A DNA stretch of 32,000 nt from Candidatus Kuenenia stuttgartensis (GTDB taxonomy: Bacteria > Planctomycetota > Brocadiia > Brocadiales > Brocadiaceae): positions 2,760,001-2,792,000 of the forward strand of contig NZ_LT934425.1 of assembly GCF_900232105.1 (NCBI RefSeq). The letters run 5' to 3'. The position numbers and the translations under genes were made by a program. Below are positions 1 to 7,470 of this stretch, piece by piece (the stretch's first letter is position 1; each line of letters starts with the position of its first letter). Under the pieces are notes generated by a model. The model did not search any database and was not told the DNA's origin. It was given only the letters and a program-made list of their open reading frames with translations.

Positions 1-831
1 CCAGAAATTCACTCCTCCACCCTTGTAGGTGAGGAAATTATCGTTACCTGCCGCCTGCGTGTTATATTCATATCCAGTTTTAAATCTGATTACATTTTTA
101 TCAGGAATACCTTTCAGCACCACATTCACAGCGCCACCGGATGCATCGCCCTGTTGATCCGGTGTAAATGTTTTGCTTACCTGAATGCTTTCTATTACTT
201 CCGTAGGAAATTGGTCCAACTGTACGGCACGTTTATCCGGGTCCGCGGTAGGCAGCCGCACGCCGTTCATTTGTGAACTGACATATCTGTCCGGCAGCCC
301 TCGCACGACAGCAAATTTGCCGTCTTGCACCGTAGCGCCCGATACAAGACTCAATGCACTTGCCGCATCAGTCACTCCTGCCTGACGTAGCCATTCTGAA
401 CTAATGGAATCCAGAAGTGCCGGGCTTTCAGCACGAAGCTCCATAAGGCCCGCCTCTGTATCTCCTGTACGAATATCCTCAACAATAAACTCTTCCATAT
501 CCGTAAACTCTCCCGACAATGAAACTTCAACTTCCGTCATCTTCCCTGGAGAAACCACCACATTTGCCTGCACCTGACGGGTATAACCGCTTTTCGAAAA
601 GATAAGCGTATAGCTGCCTGGAGCTACATGGTCAAACAAATATATTCCTTCGTCTGTAGCAATTATCTTATCTCCCGTTTCTGCAATAGTAACCTGTACA
701 GTAGCCAATGGCGCATCAAACTCCTTGTCATACACAATCCCACGAATTGAGCCTTTCTGTTGAGCGAAAGCAACACCTGCAAATAATAATGACAAGATGA
801 TGCTTAAACAGCCACTCCGTTTATTCGTCAT
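1..831 (-). CDS. TonB-dependent outer-membrane receptor, N-terminal part (signal peptide, carboxypeptidase-regulatory-like domain, plug); continues past the window edge
   Basis: Absent from the ORF track because it runs off the window. My minus-strand translation from ATG at 831-829 gives MTNKRSGCLSIILSLLFAGVAFAQQKGSIRGIVYDKEFDAPLATVQVTI..GSYTLIFSKSGYTRQ..EEFIVEDIR..LVSGATVQDGKFAVVRGLPDRYVSSQMNGVRLPTADPDKRAVQLDQFPTEVIESIQVSKTFTPDQQGDASGGAVNVV. It stays open for 277 codons down to position 1. The GxY..SKxGY beta-sandwich followed by plug-type motifs is typical of SusC/RagA-like TBDRs. Confidence 0.85.
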   Translation of the reverse strand, partial: MTNKRSGCLSIILSLLFAGVAFAQQKGSIRGIVYDKEFDAPLATVQVTIAETGDKIIATDEGIYLFDHVAPGSYTLIFSKSGYTRQVQANVVVSPGKMTEVEVSLSGEFTDMEEFIVEDIRTGDTEAGLMELRAESPALLDSISSEWLRQAGVTDAASALSLVSGATVQDGKFAVVRGLPDRYVSSQMNGVRLPTADPDKRAVQLDQFPTEVIESIQVSKTFTPDQQGDASGGAVNVVLKGIPDKNVIRFKTGYEYNTQAAGNDNFLTYKGGGVNFW

Positions 832-881
832 TTTTAAACAAATCTACCTTTTCTGCCAGAATTCAAACTAATCATTTTATA

Positions 882-1245
882 GGAGCATTCCTGATTTTTT
901 GTAACAGTTTAGATTTTTGGAAAAACAAAAATGCTCGTTCCCAAGCTCCGGCTTGGGAACGTAATTGCGTTGGGAGCTCTAGCTTCCATTTAGCAAGTAA
1001 GCGAAGCTTTGCGTATTATTCGGTTCAAAAGAGGTCTCCAAATATCTTGGGTAACATACTGAAAAGCCTCCAAGCTGACATCATGGGTTCATTCCCTTTT
1101 CCATTCGAAGCTGGAGCTTCTCAAACAATCCCGTTCCCAAATCGGAGCTTGGGAACGAGCGGTTTTTTTCATAGGACTAAAGTGTTACAATCTTTTGTAA
1201 AAAAACAAAATGTGTGAAGATATACAAAAAATCGGGAATGCACCC
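882..1245. repeat. Mosaic/nested MITE block: outer family-A termini enclose GTAAC..TTTAG-type termini and a complete family-B element
   Basis: The left end GGAGCATTCCTGATTTTTTGTAACAGTTTAG (882-) is the inverted complement of the right end ACAAAAAATCGGGAATGCACCCC (-1245). ATTTTAT flanks both sides (874-880 and 1246-1252). The inner GTAACAGTTTAGATTTTTGG and CTAAAGTGTTAC termini bracket the family-B copy. Confidence 0.7.
934..1160. mobile_element. MITE family B (about 227 bp), with long terminal inverted repeats each containing the hairpin CGTTCCCAAGCTCCGGCTTGGGAACG
   Basis: Left end CTCGTTCCCAAGCTCCGGCTTGGGAACGTAATTGCGTTGGGAGCTC. Right end GAAGCTGGAGCTTCTCAAACAATCCCGTTCCCAAATCGGAGCTTGGGAACGAG. 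It has no ORF. A second copy lies at 17806-19465. Confidence 0.7.
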
Positions 1246-1306
1246 CATTTTATTTGCATAAGTACGTTTTATATTTATAGGGTTAAGAAATAATTTATTA
1301 TTTTAT

Positions 1307-2551
1307 TCACCAGGGATCGCCAAGTCCCTCTTTAATACCGCGTATTCTGCCCCACAATTCAACATCAGGCTCTACACCATGCAGCGCCATAGATAAACAG
1401 GCGGCAGATAAATCTTCTGCCCGTGGTCTGGAATTGGGATTTTCAACGCCTTCCTGAATCGCCATCGCATATATTTGAAGCGCTTCCTCTGTGTTACCCA
1501 TTGCCTGATACGCTTCGGCTAATGGCAGCAACGCTCCTGCCCGGTAGATAGTAATTATTTTTTCTTTCTGCAAATTATAAAAATTAAGGATATCGCCGGC
1601 ATCTGCCATTGCTTTTTGCCTGTCACCTGCCAAATAACGCAGCCTGGATACCCTGGACATAAGTGAAACATAATGTTCAGGCCGCCATTGTGCTGAATCA
1701 ATAATCGATTGCGTTTCATTTACCAATTCAAGCGTCTTCGGCTGGTCGGCATGGTCCAGCGCAAATCCTGCCAGTCCCATAAGTAGATCAATGCGCTTAA
1801 ATACCGGAAGTACTTCCCATGATGCTTTAAGCTTCTCTTCCGCCAGCATACGCCACCCCTTGTTTTCATAAAATCTGTTAAATAATTTAGCGCAAGCCTC
1901 CAATGCATTTACGATTGCGTCATAATTTCCAGATTCAATCCATGCATCCAGCGCATCCATTTGTTTCTCAAAATGATCTTCACTGGCAATCATCGCCCGA
2001 ACGCCAGCAACTTTTCCGGACGCAGCATTTTCTACTCCCGATGCATATTGTGCAGACTTCTCTGTTTCACCAAGCAGCAGGTAAGCATTAGCAATTTTCA
2101 CTTTTATATGTACTTTGCGCCATTCTTCGGCAGAGGAAGAGACCTGATCTGCAAGGTCAATGTACTGCATCGCTTCGTCAGTGTAACCATTTTTAGCGCA
2201 ATAAAATGCAACATCACCGTAACCGGAACCGCGGCGCCAGTTGTCAATATGTTCAATAAAACCAATAGCGAGGAAAGGCTGATTCAGCTCAAGACAAGCC
2301 GCCGCCGCTTTTTCCTGCATGCGCGACCTATCTTTAATATGTGGCTTAACAGGAATTGCTGACGACGTTTCAAACGCAAGGACAAGCAATTCTCTTTGGT
2401 AAGCAGCCAGGGGTTGGTCCTTTAGCGTCTCTACCAAAAGTGTTGTATGCTGTTCTGCAGCGTTGTCGGTATCGTACCTGCCGCAGCCCAACGTAAATGA
2501 GAATAGCAGGAAAACAATCCTTAAGAGGATATATCTTGATCGTATTGTCAT
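1307..2551 (-). CDS. Lipoprotein with TPR-like helical repeats, function unknown
   Basis: 414-aa ORF. The N-terminus MTIRSRYILLRIVFLLFSFTLGCG has a lipobox (FTLGC). The body is alanine/leucine-rich and helical-repeat-like (..AYQAMGNTEEALQIYAMAIQ.., ..ANAYLLLGETEKSAQY..). It is co-oriented between the beta-helix gene and the TonB receptor gene. Confidence 0.7.
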   Translation of the reverse strand: MTIRSRYILLRIVFLLFSFTLGCGRYDTDNAAEQHTTLLVETLKDQPLAAYQRELLVLAFETSSAIPVKPHIKDRSRMQEKAAAACLELNQPFLAIGFIEHIDNWRRGSGYGDVAFYCAKNGYTDEAMQYIDLADQVSSSAEEWRKVHIKVKIANAYLLLGETEKSAQYASGVENAASGKVAGVRAMIASEDHFEKQMDALDAWIESGNYDAIVNALEACAKLFNRFYENKGWRMLAEEKLKASWEVLPVFKRIDLLMGLAGFALDHADQPKTLELVNETQSIIDSAQWRPEHYVSLMSRVSRLRYLAGDRQKAMADAGDILNFYNLQKEKIITIYRAGALLPLAEAYQAMGNTEEALQIYAMAIQEGVENPNSRPRAEDLSAACLSMALHGVEPDVELWGRIRGIKEGLGDPW

Positions 2552-2736
2552 TTTATATTAATGGTTTTAAGAAAAAGGGTTCGATGTCCGTTAGCCGGAC
2601 GTATATCCAGAAAAGTGCGGTAAATACCTTTGTCATTTGCGTCATTAGTTACTCGCCTTATGTAAAACAGGGGAAAACGGACAAAAATAATCTGTCAGCG
2701 CCTCCCATTCCTTATGCAACACGAACAACTCTGTGC

Positions 2737-2761
2737 GGGTTCAGGTTACAAACCTGAACCC
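2737..2761. repeat. REP-like palindrome GGGTTCAGGTTACAAACCTGAACCC (family-C terminal hairpin, solo copy)
   Basis: It is a perfect 10-bp stem. The same hairpin occurs at 6586-6609, 6864-6887, 7346-7374 and 22292-22316, and a copy split by an IS occurs at 22464-22474 plus 24077-24080. It lies just downstream of the 2793-4706 minus-strand gene. Confidence 0.8.
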
Positions 2762-2792
2762 ACCACAGTATTTAATCCACAACCGTACTTGT

Positions 2793-4706
2793 TTATTTCT
2801 TCACCTTGACCTTCAGTTTTTCTTTCAGGCTGTCTGATTGAAAGGTAATCACCGCTTTACCTTTTTTCTTAGCAGTAACGGTAAATACAGCCTCACCGTT
2901 TTCATCTGTCTCTTCACTGTTTGACGATATACTTACACGTTTTTTACCTGCACGATTTAGCTTCGTTTTAACCGTATTGCCTTCTACGGCATTTCCGTCT
3001 TCGTCTGCCAACGTTATGGCCACATCAGCGCTATCACCCTTATTCAGGGTTAGGCTAGACGGCGATACCGTTATCGATTTTACCGGGTTTACGTCAGGAT
3101 TTTCGTCGTCATCGGAAACGATCATTCCGTATGCGTACGCAGCAGTCCAGCCCTGCATCCAATTATCATCCGCACTGAAAGCGCCGCGAAATTGAACAGG
3201 TGTGAAAAACCCGTCATTAGGTGCAGTACCCGCACTAACAAGGGCGTCATTAGCGGCACGTGGGTCTACAGATTTTACAGGAAGGACGCCTTTGCCTTCT
3301 GAGGAAGTAAAACTTGTACCACGGGTTAAGCTAACAATAGGCATATCCTTATCATCGGTACCGGTAACCACCACGTTGTTCTTTCCGGAATTACTGCCGC
3401 CGTTAGTTGTTACGCCGACTGTGTCAGCGTCCGTATATGCATCCGCATGAAGGTTCCTGAAGAACACACTGTCTGTAATTTCTGCAAGTTTACCTGACGT
3501 CTGGGCTGTATAAAGCTTACTGGCGTTATTGAAAGCAGCGGAAGGACATCCGCCACAATCATTCACAGTGGAAGTAACTGTGTAATCTGTCGTCCACGTA
3601 TTCTCCCATGACAATGTGCCGTTATATCCATAGCCATTAGCGCCGTCACCATCATCATTGTCGGCTTTTACAAGTTTTTCTCCCAGATCCATAAATATGC
3701 AGTTTCGAAACTGCACCCGGGCGTTGTCACGCCATGCGGTTCCATGGTCACCATCAAGTGGATTGCCAATAACTGTGGCATTATAAATTACGGATGTAGT
3801 AACTGGCTGAGCGTCAGAATCTTCAGCGCCATCCATTTCAAAACAGTTGTCGCCTACACCGGAACCTTGTTTTGCATCGACGCTGTAGCCCTGAACAACA
3901 AAAAGAAACTGTGCTTTACCGCGCCAGCCCTGGTCAACGTCAAAACTGTCGTCACCAACGTTCCAGATGCTGACGTATTTCAGATTAACCGTACCGCCCC
4001 AGATTTCAATACCATCATCCACATTGTTCATAATCTCAACATGATCGATATCGGTTTCACGCCCGATACCGCCCAGCGATAAACCGTTGAGCTCATTACC
4101 AAGGCCAATCACTCTCCCTGCATATCGTAAGGACAAATAGCTGATGGAACCGCTGTCATCATTGTCATCTGCGCCGCCATACAATGAGTAATTAGCATCC
4201 GTAAGGCCTTCCATTTGCGCCTCATTTAGCCCTGAAGGATCTTTAGTGTTACTACCCACCTGAAGACCTTTGGAGTGGGAAGCGGATATTACTCCTTCAC
4301 CCATAATAGTCAGATTCCCCCACTCATTTGCGCCTTCACGCCATGTGCCGGTTTTGGGGTCGCCGCCGCTGGGGTGGCTGGAATCTTTTTCCCATGTAGC
4401 CACATCGTCGGTAGAGGTCATTATTACCGGGTTGTCTTCTGTGCCGTTTACGAAGATTTTTGCGCCGCGTGCTACCGCCAGACTGCCTCCAGCGTCTGTA
4501 GTGCTGGCAATGACTGTCCCTGCCTCTATCGTAAGACTAGCGCCAGGCAAAACAAAGATTTGGCCTTCTAACCGGTATACGTTGTCAGCAGTCCATGTAG
4601 TAGAAGTATCAATATTTTTTGACACTTTTACTGTGGCGGCGCTGGCAGCACTTGTAAAGAAAAGTGTTGTCAACGCTGTCAATACGATCTTTCTCATATT
4701 CTTCAC
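2793..4706 (-). CDS. Secreted protein with a probable right-handed beta-helix region and a C-terminal bacterial Ig-like (Big) domain
   Basis: 637-aa ORF with GTG start 4706 preceded by AAAGGAGAA. Signal peptide MKNMRKIVLTALTTLFFTSAASA. The N-terminal motif TTWTADNVYRLEGQIFVLPGASLTIEAGTVI resembles a family often found beside TonB receptors. The C-terminal ITVSPSSLTLNKGDSADVAITLADEDGNAVEGNTV..GEAVFTVTAKKKGKAVITF is Big-domain-like. Confidence 0.75.
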   Translation of the reverse strand: MKNMRKIVLTALTTLFFTSAASAATVKVSKNIDTSTTWTADNVYRLEGQIFVLPGASLTIEAGTVIASTTDAGGSLAVARGAKIFVNGTEDNPVIMTSTDDVATWEKDSSHPSGGDPKTGTWREGANEWGNLTIMGEGVISASHSKGLQVGSNTKDPSGLNEAQMEGLTDANYSLYGGADDNDDSGSISYLSLRYAGRVIGLGNELNGLSLGGIGRETDIDHVEIMNNVDDGIEIWGGTVNLKYVSIWNVGDDSFDVDQGWRGKAQFLFVVQGYSVDAKQGSGVGDNCFEMDGAEDSDAQPVTTSVIYNATVIGNPLDGDHGTAWRDNARVQFRNCIFMDLGEKLVKADNDDGDGANGYGYNGTLSWENTWTTDYTVTSTVNDCGGCPSAAFNNASKLYTAQTSGKLAEITDSVFFRNLHADAYTDADTVGVTTNGGSNSGKNNVVVTGTDDKDMPIVSLTRGTSFTSSEGKGVLPVKSVDPRAANDALVSAGTAPNDGFFTPVQFRGAFSADDNWMQGWTAAYAYGMIVSDDDENPDVNPVKSITVSPSSLTLNKGDSADVAITLADEDGNAVEGNTVKTKLNRAGKKRVSISSNSEETDENGEAVFTVTAKKKGKAVITFQSDSLKEKLKVKVKK

Positions 4707-5120
4707 GATATATTTCTCCTTTAAATCATAGTTTTATTAATTACTGTTTAGCGCATCAGTATAGCTCCATTATTTTCATACGATTTTCTGTTTCATTCGT
4801 GCCTCCTTTCATTATTTTATTATTCGTTTTTGTTCATTTAATATTTAAGTCCACCGATGGCCTGATTTATTGAGCGCCAATCTGCATGAAGCGGATTGTG
4901 AGCATCACATACGTGAAAATGTAACTTTTATTTATTAAGAGAATATGAAGGATTTGTTAATTTTGTGTTAAGATTGAAAACGGGATGGATGGGATACAAT
5001 TACAAAAGGGGTAGCCGTGATTTACCCATCTGTGATTTGTTGTTTACATATTTCATAATAATGTAGCCATTTAAACAATCCGTACATTTGAATCTTTGTC
5101 GTACGGAGTTTTTACGAACG

Positions 5121-5263
5121 GGGGGCATTCCCGATTTTTTGTAACCGTTTATTGGGCCAGGACGACATAACGCTGACAGGGTTCAGAACCCTGTCAGCGT
5201 TAACACTACGGCAATATTTCATTAAAACATGGCGGAAGTCTCAAAAAATCAGGAATGCACCCT
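5121..5263. mobile_element. MITE family A (143 bp), TIR GGG(G/T)GCATTCC(C/T)GATTTTTT, with an internal hairpin CTGACAGGGTTCAGAACCCTGTCAG
   Basis: The termini at 5121-5140 and 5244-5263 are inverted complements. Flanked by TTACGAACG and TTATGAACG, an imperfect 9-bp duplication. An inverted, shorter copy lies at 10629-10752. Confidence 0.75.
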
Positions 5264-5289
5264 TATGAACGGGCACACTTCTTTAGTTG

Positions 5290-5533
5290 GTAACAATTTA
5301 GCTTTTTGAAAATCCAATATATAAAAAACAATATAACCCCGTTAGGGGTGGTCTGTTTGTAGCTCAATAAAATTCAATAGGGTAAATAGCTCCATAGGAG
5401 CGGCCTGTGTATGATTCATAGATAAACAGGCCGCTCCTGACGGAGCTAGTACCTCTTCATCCTTATCTTGCTACAAACAGTTCGCTCCTATGGAGCTTAT
5501 AGATAATACGTTTTTCGAAAACTAAATTGTTAC
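5290..5533. mobile_element. MITE family E (244 bp), TIR GTAACAATTTAG(C/T)TTTT(T/C)GAAAA, with an 8-bp TSD TTTAGTTG
   Basis: Left TIR at 5290-, right TIR ending 5533. The direct repeat TTTAGTTG is present at 5282-5289 and 5534-5541. The interior is a long imperfect hairpin (CTGTTTGTAGC..GCTACAAACAG; GCTCCATAGGAGCGGCCTGT..ACAGGCCGCTCCTGACGGAGC). It has no ORF. Confidence 0.8.
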
Positions 5534-5595
5534 TTTAGTTGTTATTTTATTTCACCTTTACCTTGCTATACGTTATAACACGTGCCTTATTTTAT

Positions 5596-6162
5596 TTAAC
5601 TATAATGGGACATTAATTTTGTCTGCTTCTCTTCTATCTGACAGGTAAGCTTGTTAAGGCATTCAACCGCCCTATTGTGCCGCTTTGCAATGGCACTCAC
5701 CATGTCTTTCACAAATTCCGGAAGTTTTTCGAGTTCCATTTCCAGTGTTTTTGCCGCAGTCATTTTTGTTTCATGGTCTTGCAGTATCTGGAATAAAACA
5801 ACCAGCCGGCTGTAGATTTCAGCAATAATTGTGAGATTTTTATCCATTGCATACAGATTAGCCTGTACGTCCTTTGGTAATTCATGAAAAAACCTCATAA
5901 AGGAATCTCTTCCGATCATTTCCACCATAACGTCACCTTCTGCAACAACGGAAGTAGTTCTCCTTGGTTCTCCGAGAAAACCCGTTTCCCCAAAAATATC
6001 CCCTTTGTTTAATGTGCCGATAACCACTTGCCTTCCATCAACTTTTTTCATCATCCTTGCCTTCCCCTCCCTAAGCACAAAAGCAAAGTATGCCCATGTG
6101 TCCTCCTCCATAATAAATTCACCGTCTTTTACTTTCTCTATTCTTGAGTACATTTTTTCCAC
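5596..6162 (-). CDS. Cyclic-nucleotide-binding domain protein with no recognisable DNA-binding domain
   Basis: 188 aa. GTG start 6162 lies 6 nt after AAAGGAGG. The CAP_ED signature reads GDIFGETGFLGEPRRTTSVVAEGDVMVEMIGRDSF. The C-terminal ~70 aa are helical/coiled-coil-like, without an HTH. Confidence 0.8.
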   Translation of the reverse strand: MEKMYSRIEKVKDGEFIMEEDTWAYFAFVLREGKARMMKKVDGRQVVIGTLNKGDIFGETGFLGEPRRTTSVVAEGDVMVEMIGRDSFMRFFHELPKDVQANLYAMDKNLTIIAEIYSRLVVLFQILQDHETKMTAAKTLEMELEKLPEFVKDMVSAIAKRHNRAVECLNKLTCQIEEKQTKLMSHYS

Positions 6163-6495
6163 TATCTGCCTCCTTTCTGTTTTAATGTTTTTTAGCCATC
6201 ACGGTACAAAAATATATAAAGCGCTGGTTGTACATAACGATTTAGTTTTCTCAATATTTTTTCAATGCGGGATTATTCAAGTGTGCCTGGCATATATTTC
6301 CACAAAATGTTTTCCGTATTGCAAACTTTCGTTTGCCGGTTTGAGCTGACGAGTGGGATTTCGCAATTTATCAATCAACAATATAAGCAACGTACTATGT
6401 AATTTCTAAAAAGCATAGTACACGGTAAATATTAAGGGAGTATTAAGGAAATGTTAATATTGTATTAAACCGCAAGGGGATAATAAGCAGATTTT

Positions 6496-6580
6496 GTAAC
6501 GCTTTAGTTTTTTGAGAAATTCCAATAATAGCGGTGTTTGCAGCATAGTGTAGGGGCGAGGCATTTGCTATAAATGGTTC
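6496..6580. repeat. Left half of a family-D MITE (GTAACGCTTTAGTTTTTTGAGAAATTCC..), ending where the family-C element begins
   Basis: It aligns with the left half of the complete family-D copy at 10134-10284 (..AATAATAGCG(G/A)TGTTTGC(A/C)GCATAGTG(T/C)AGGG(G/A)CGA(G/A)GCATTTGCTATAAAT..). The right half is missing. Confidence 0.6.
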
Positions 6581-6585
6581 CAGGC

Positions 6586-6887
6586 GGGTTCAGGTTTGTA
6601 ACCTGAATCGATGCGTTTATGCGGATAATGGGGCCATGTACTGAGGTAAAACTCCAATGCCTAAATAACAAAATCCGTAACACTTTAGTCTTTTAGAAAA
6701 CTCCAACAACAATCATTTGTAGTGCGACGAGGTTAGTCGTACTACAAATGATTATTTCCAGTTTCAAAAGACTAAAGTGTTGCCAAAATCCCTGTTTGGA
6801 ATTTTGAATTTATTTGTCATTTCCTCTGTCAATAGAAGGTGTGATTGAAAGTATAAAACGTTTGGTTCAGGTTACAAATCTGAACCC
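6586..6887. mobile_element. Family-C element (hairpin-bounded, about 190 bp core) carrying a nested family-D MITE
   Basis: Roughly 85 percent identical by eye to 22292-22474 once the 6677-6791 insert plus duplication is removed. It is bounded by GGGTTCAGGTTTGTAACCTGAA(T/C)C and GGTTCAGGTTACAAATCTGAACCC. Confidence 0.75.
6677..6783. mobile_element. MITE family D (107-bp short form) inserted in the family-C element, with an 8-bp TSD CAAAATCC
   Basis: TIRs are GTAACACTTTAGTCTTTTAGAAAA and TTTCAAAAGACTAAAGTGTTGC. CAAAATCC occurs at 6669-6676 and 6784-6791. The uninterrupted homologous site in the other family-C copy reads CACAAAATCCCTGTTTGG (22370s), so the empty site is visible. Confidence 0.85.
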
Positions 6888-7060
6888 GTAGAGAGGTAGT
6901 ATAAAGAAATATAGAAAGGGAATATAGGGCCACACCTTGATTTATGATTATAGAGATAAAATTGCTATGCGCGTAACAAAGATTAAATAACTAATCAAGG
7001 TGTAGCTACAAATTAACCTGCAAATTAACCTGACAAAAGCAAAAGGGGACATTGTAGATA

Positions 7061-7225
7061 TTAGCCAGCCTTGTCACCTTTATATTTCCTGAAATTATTT
7101 ATAAGACTTGAAAATGAATCCGGTTTATATTTCTTGAAATCCTCCTCATCAACAAATACATAATCAAAGCGTGCTTTCTTTTGTGAAGCGTTGATATCTT
7201 CGCACCATTTTTTTAAACGAGCCAT
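7061..7225 (-). pseudogene. 3' remnant of a helicase / type III restriction Res-like gene, truncated upstream by a MITE terminus
   Basis: My translation gives (IEDPDVLLK)MARLKKWCEDINASQKKARFDYVFVDEEDFKKYKPDSFSSLINNFRKYKGDKAG*. The frame is open upstream only to a stop (TAA on the minus strand) inside the CAATTTAGTTTTTTGAAAA repeat end at about 7247-7270. The ..WCE.IN....W.Y.LV.E..F tail recalls the C-termini of Res/DEAD-box restriction subunits, from memory and not searched. Confidence 0.35.
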
Positions 7226-7345
7226 TTTCAGGAGAACATCCGGGTCTTCAATTTAGTTTTTTGAAAAAAAATCGCAACTATTCAGGCACACGTGTAAATG
7301 AATGTAACCACAGATTTCACAGATTAAAAAAATCGTAAATTTCCG

Positions 7346-7374
7346 GCGAGTTCAGATTACAAACCTGAACCCGC
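7346..7374. repeat. REP-like palindrome (family-C hairpin, solo copy)
   Basis: GCGAGTTCAGATTACAAACCTGAACCCGC. The right side ACAAACCTGAACCCGCGAAT matches the sequence reconstituted by removing the IS110 element at 22475-24076. Confidence 0.75.
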
Positions 7375-7470
7375 GAATAAAAGTCTTCTCTATCAAGAAG
7401 GGATAAGGGGTGTGTTATAAATTACGCGGAATAGTTACAAAAAATCTACCTATAGTATTCGCAGTTCAAC

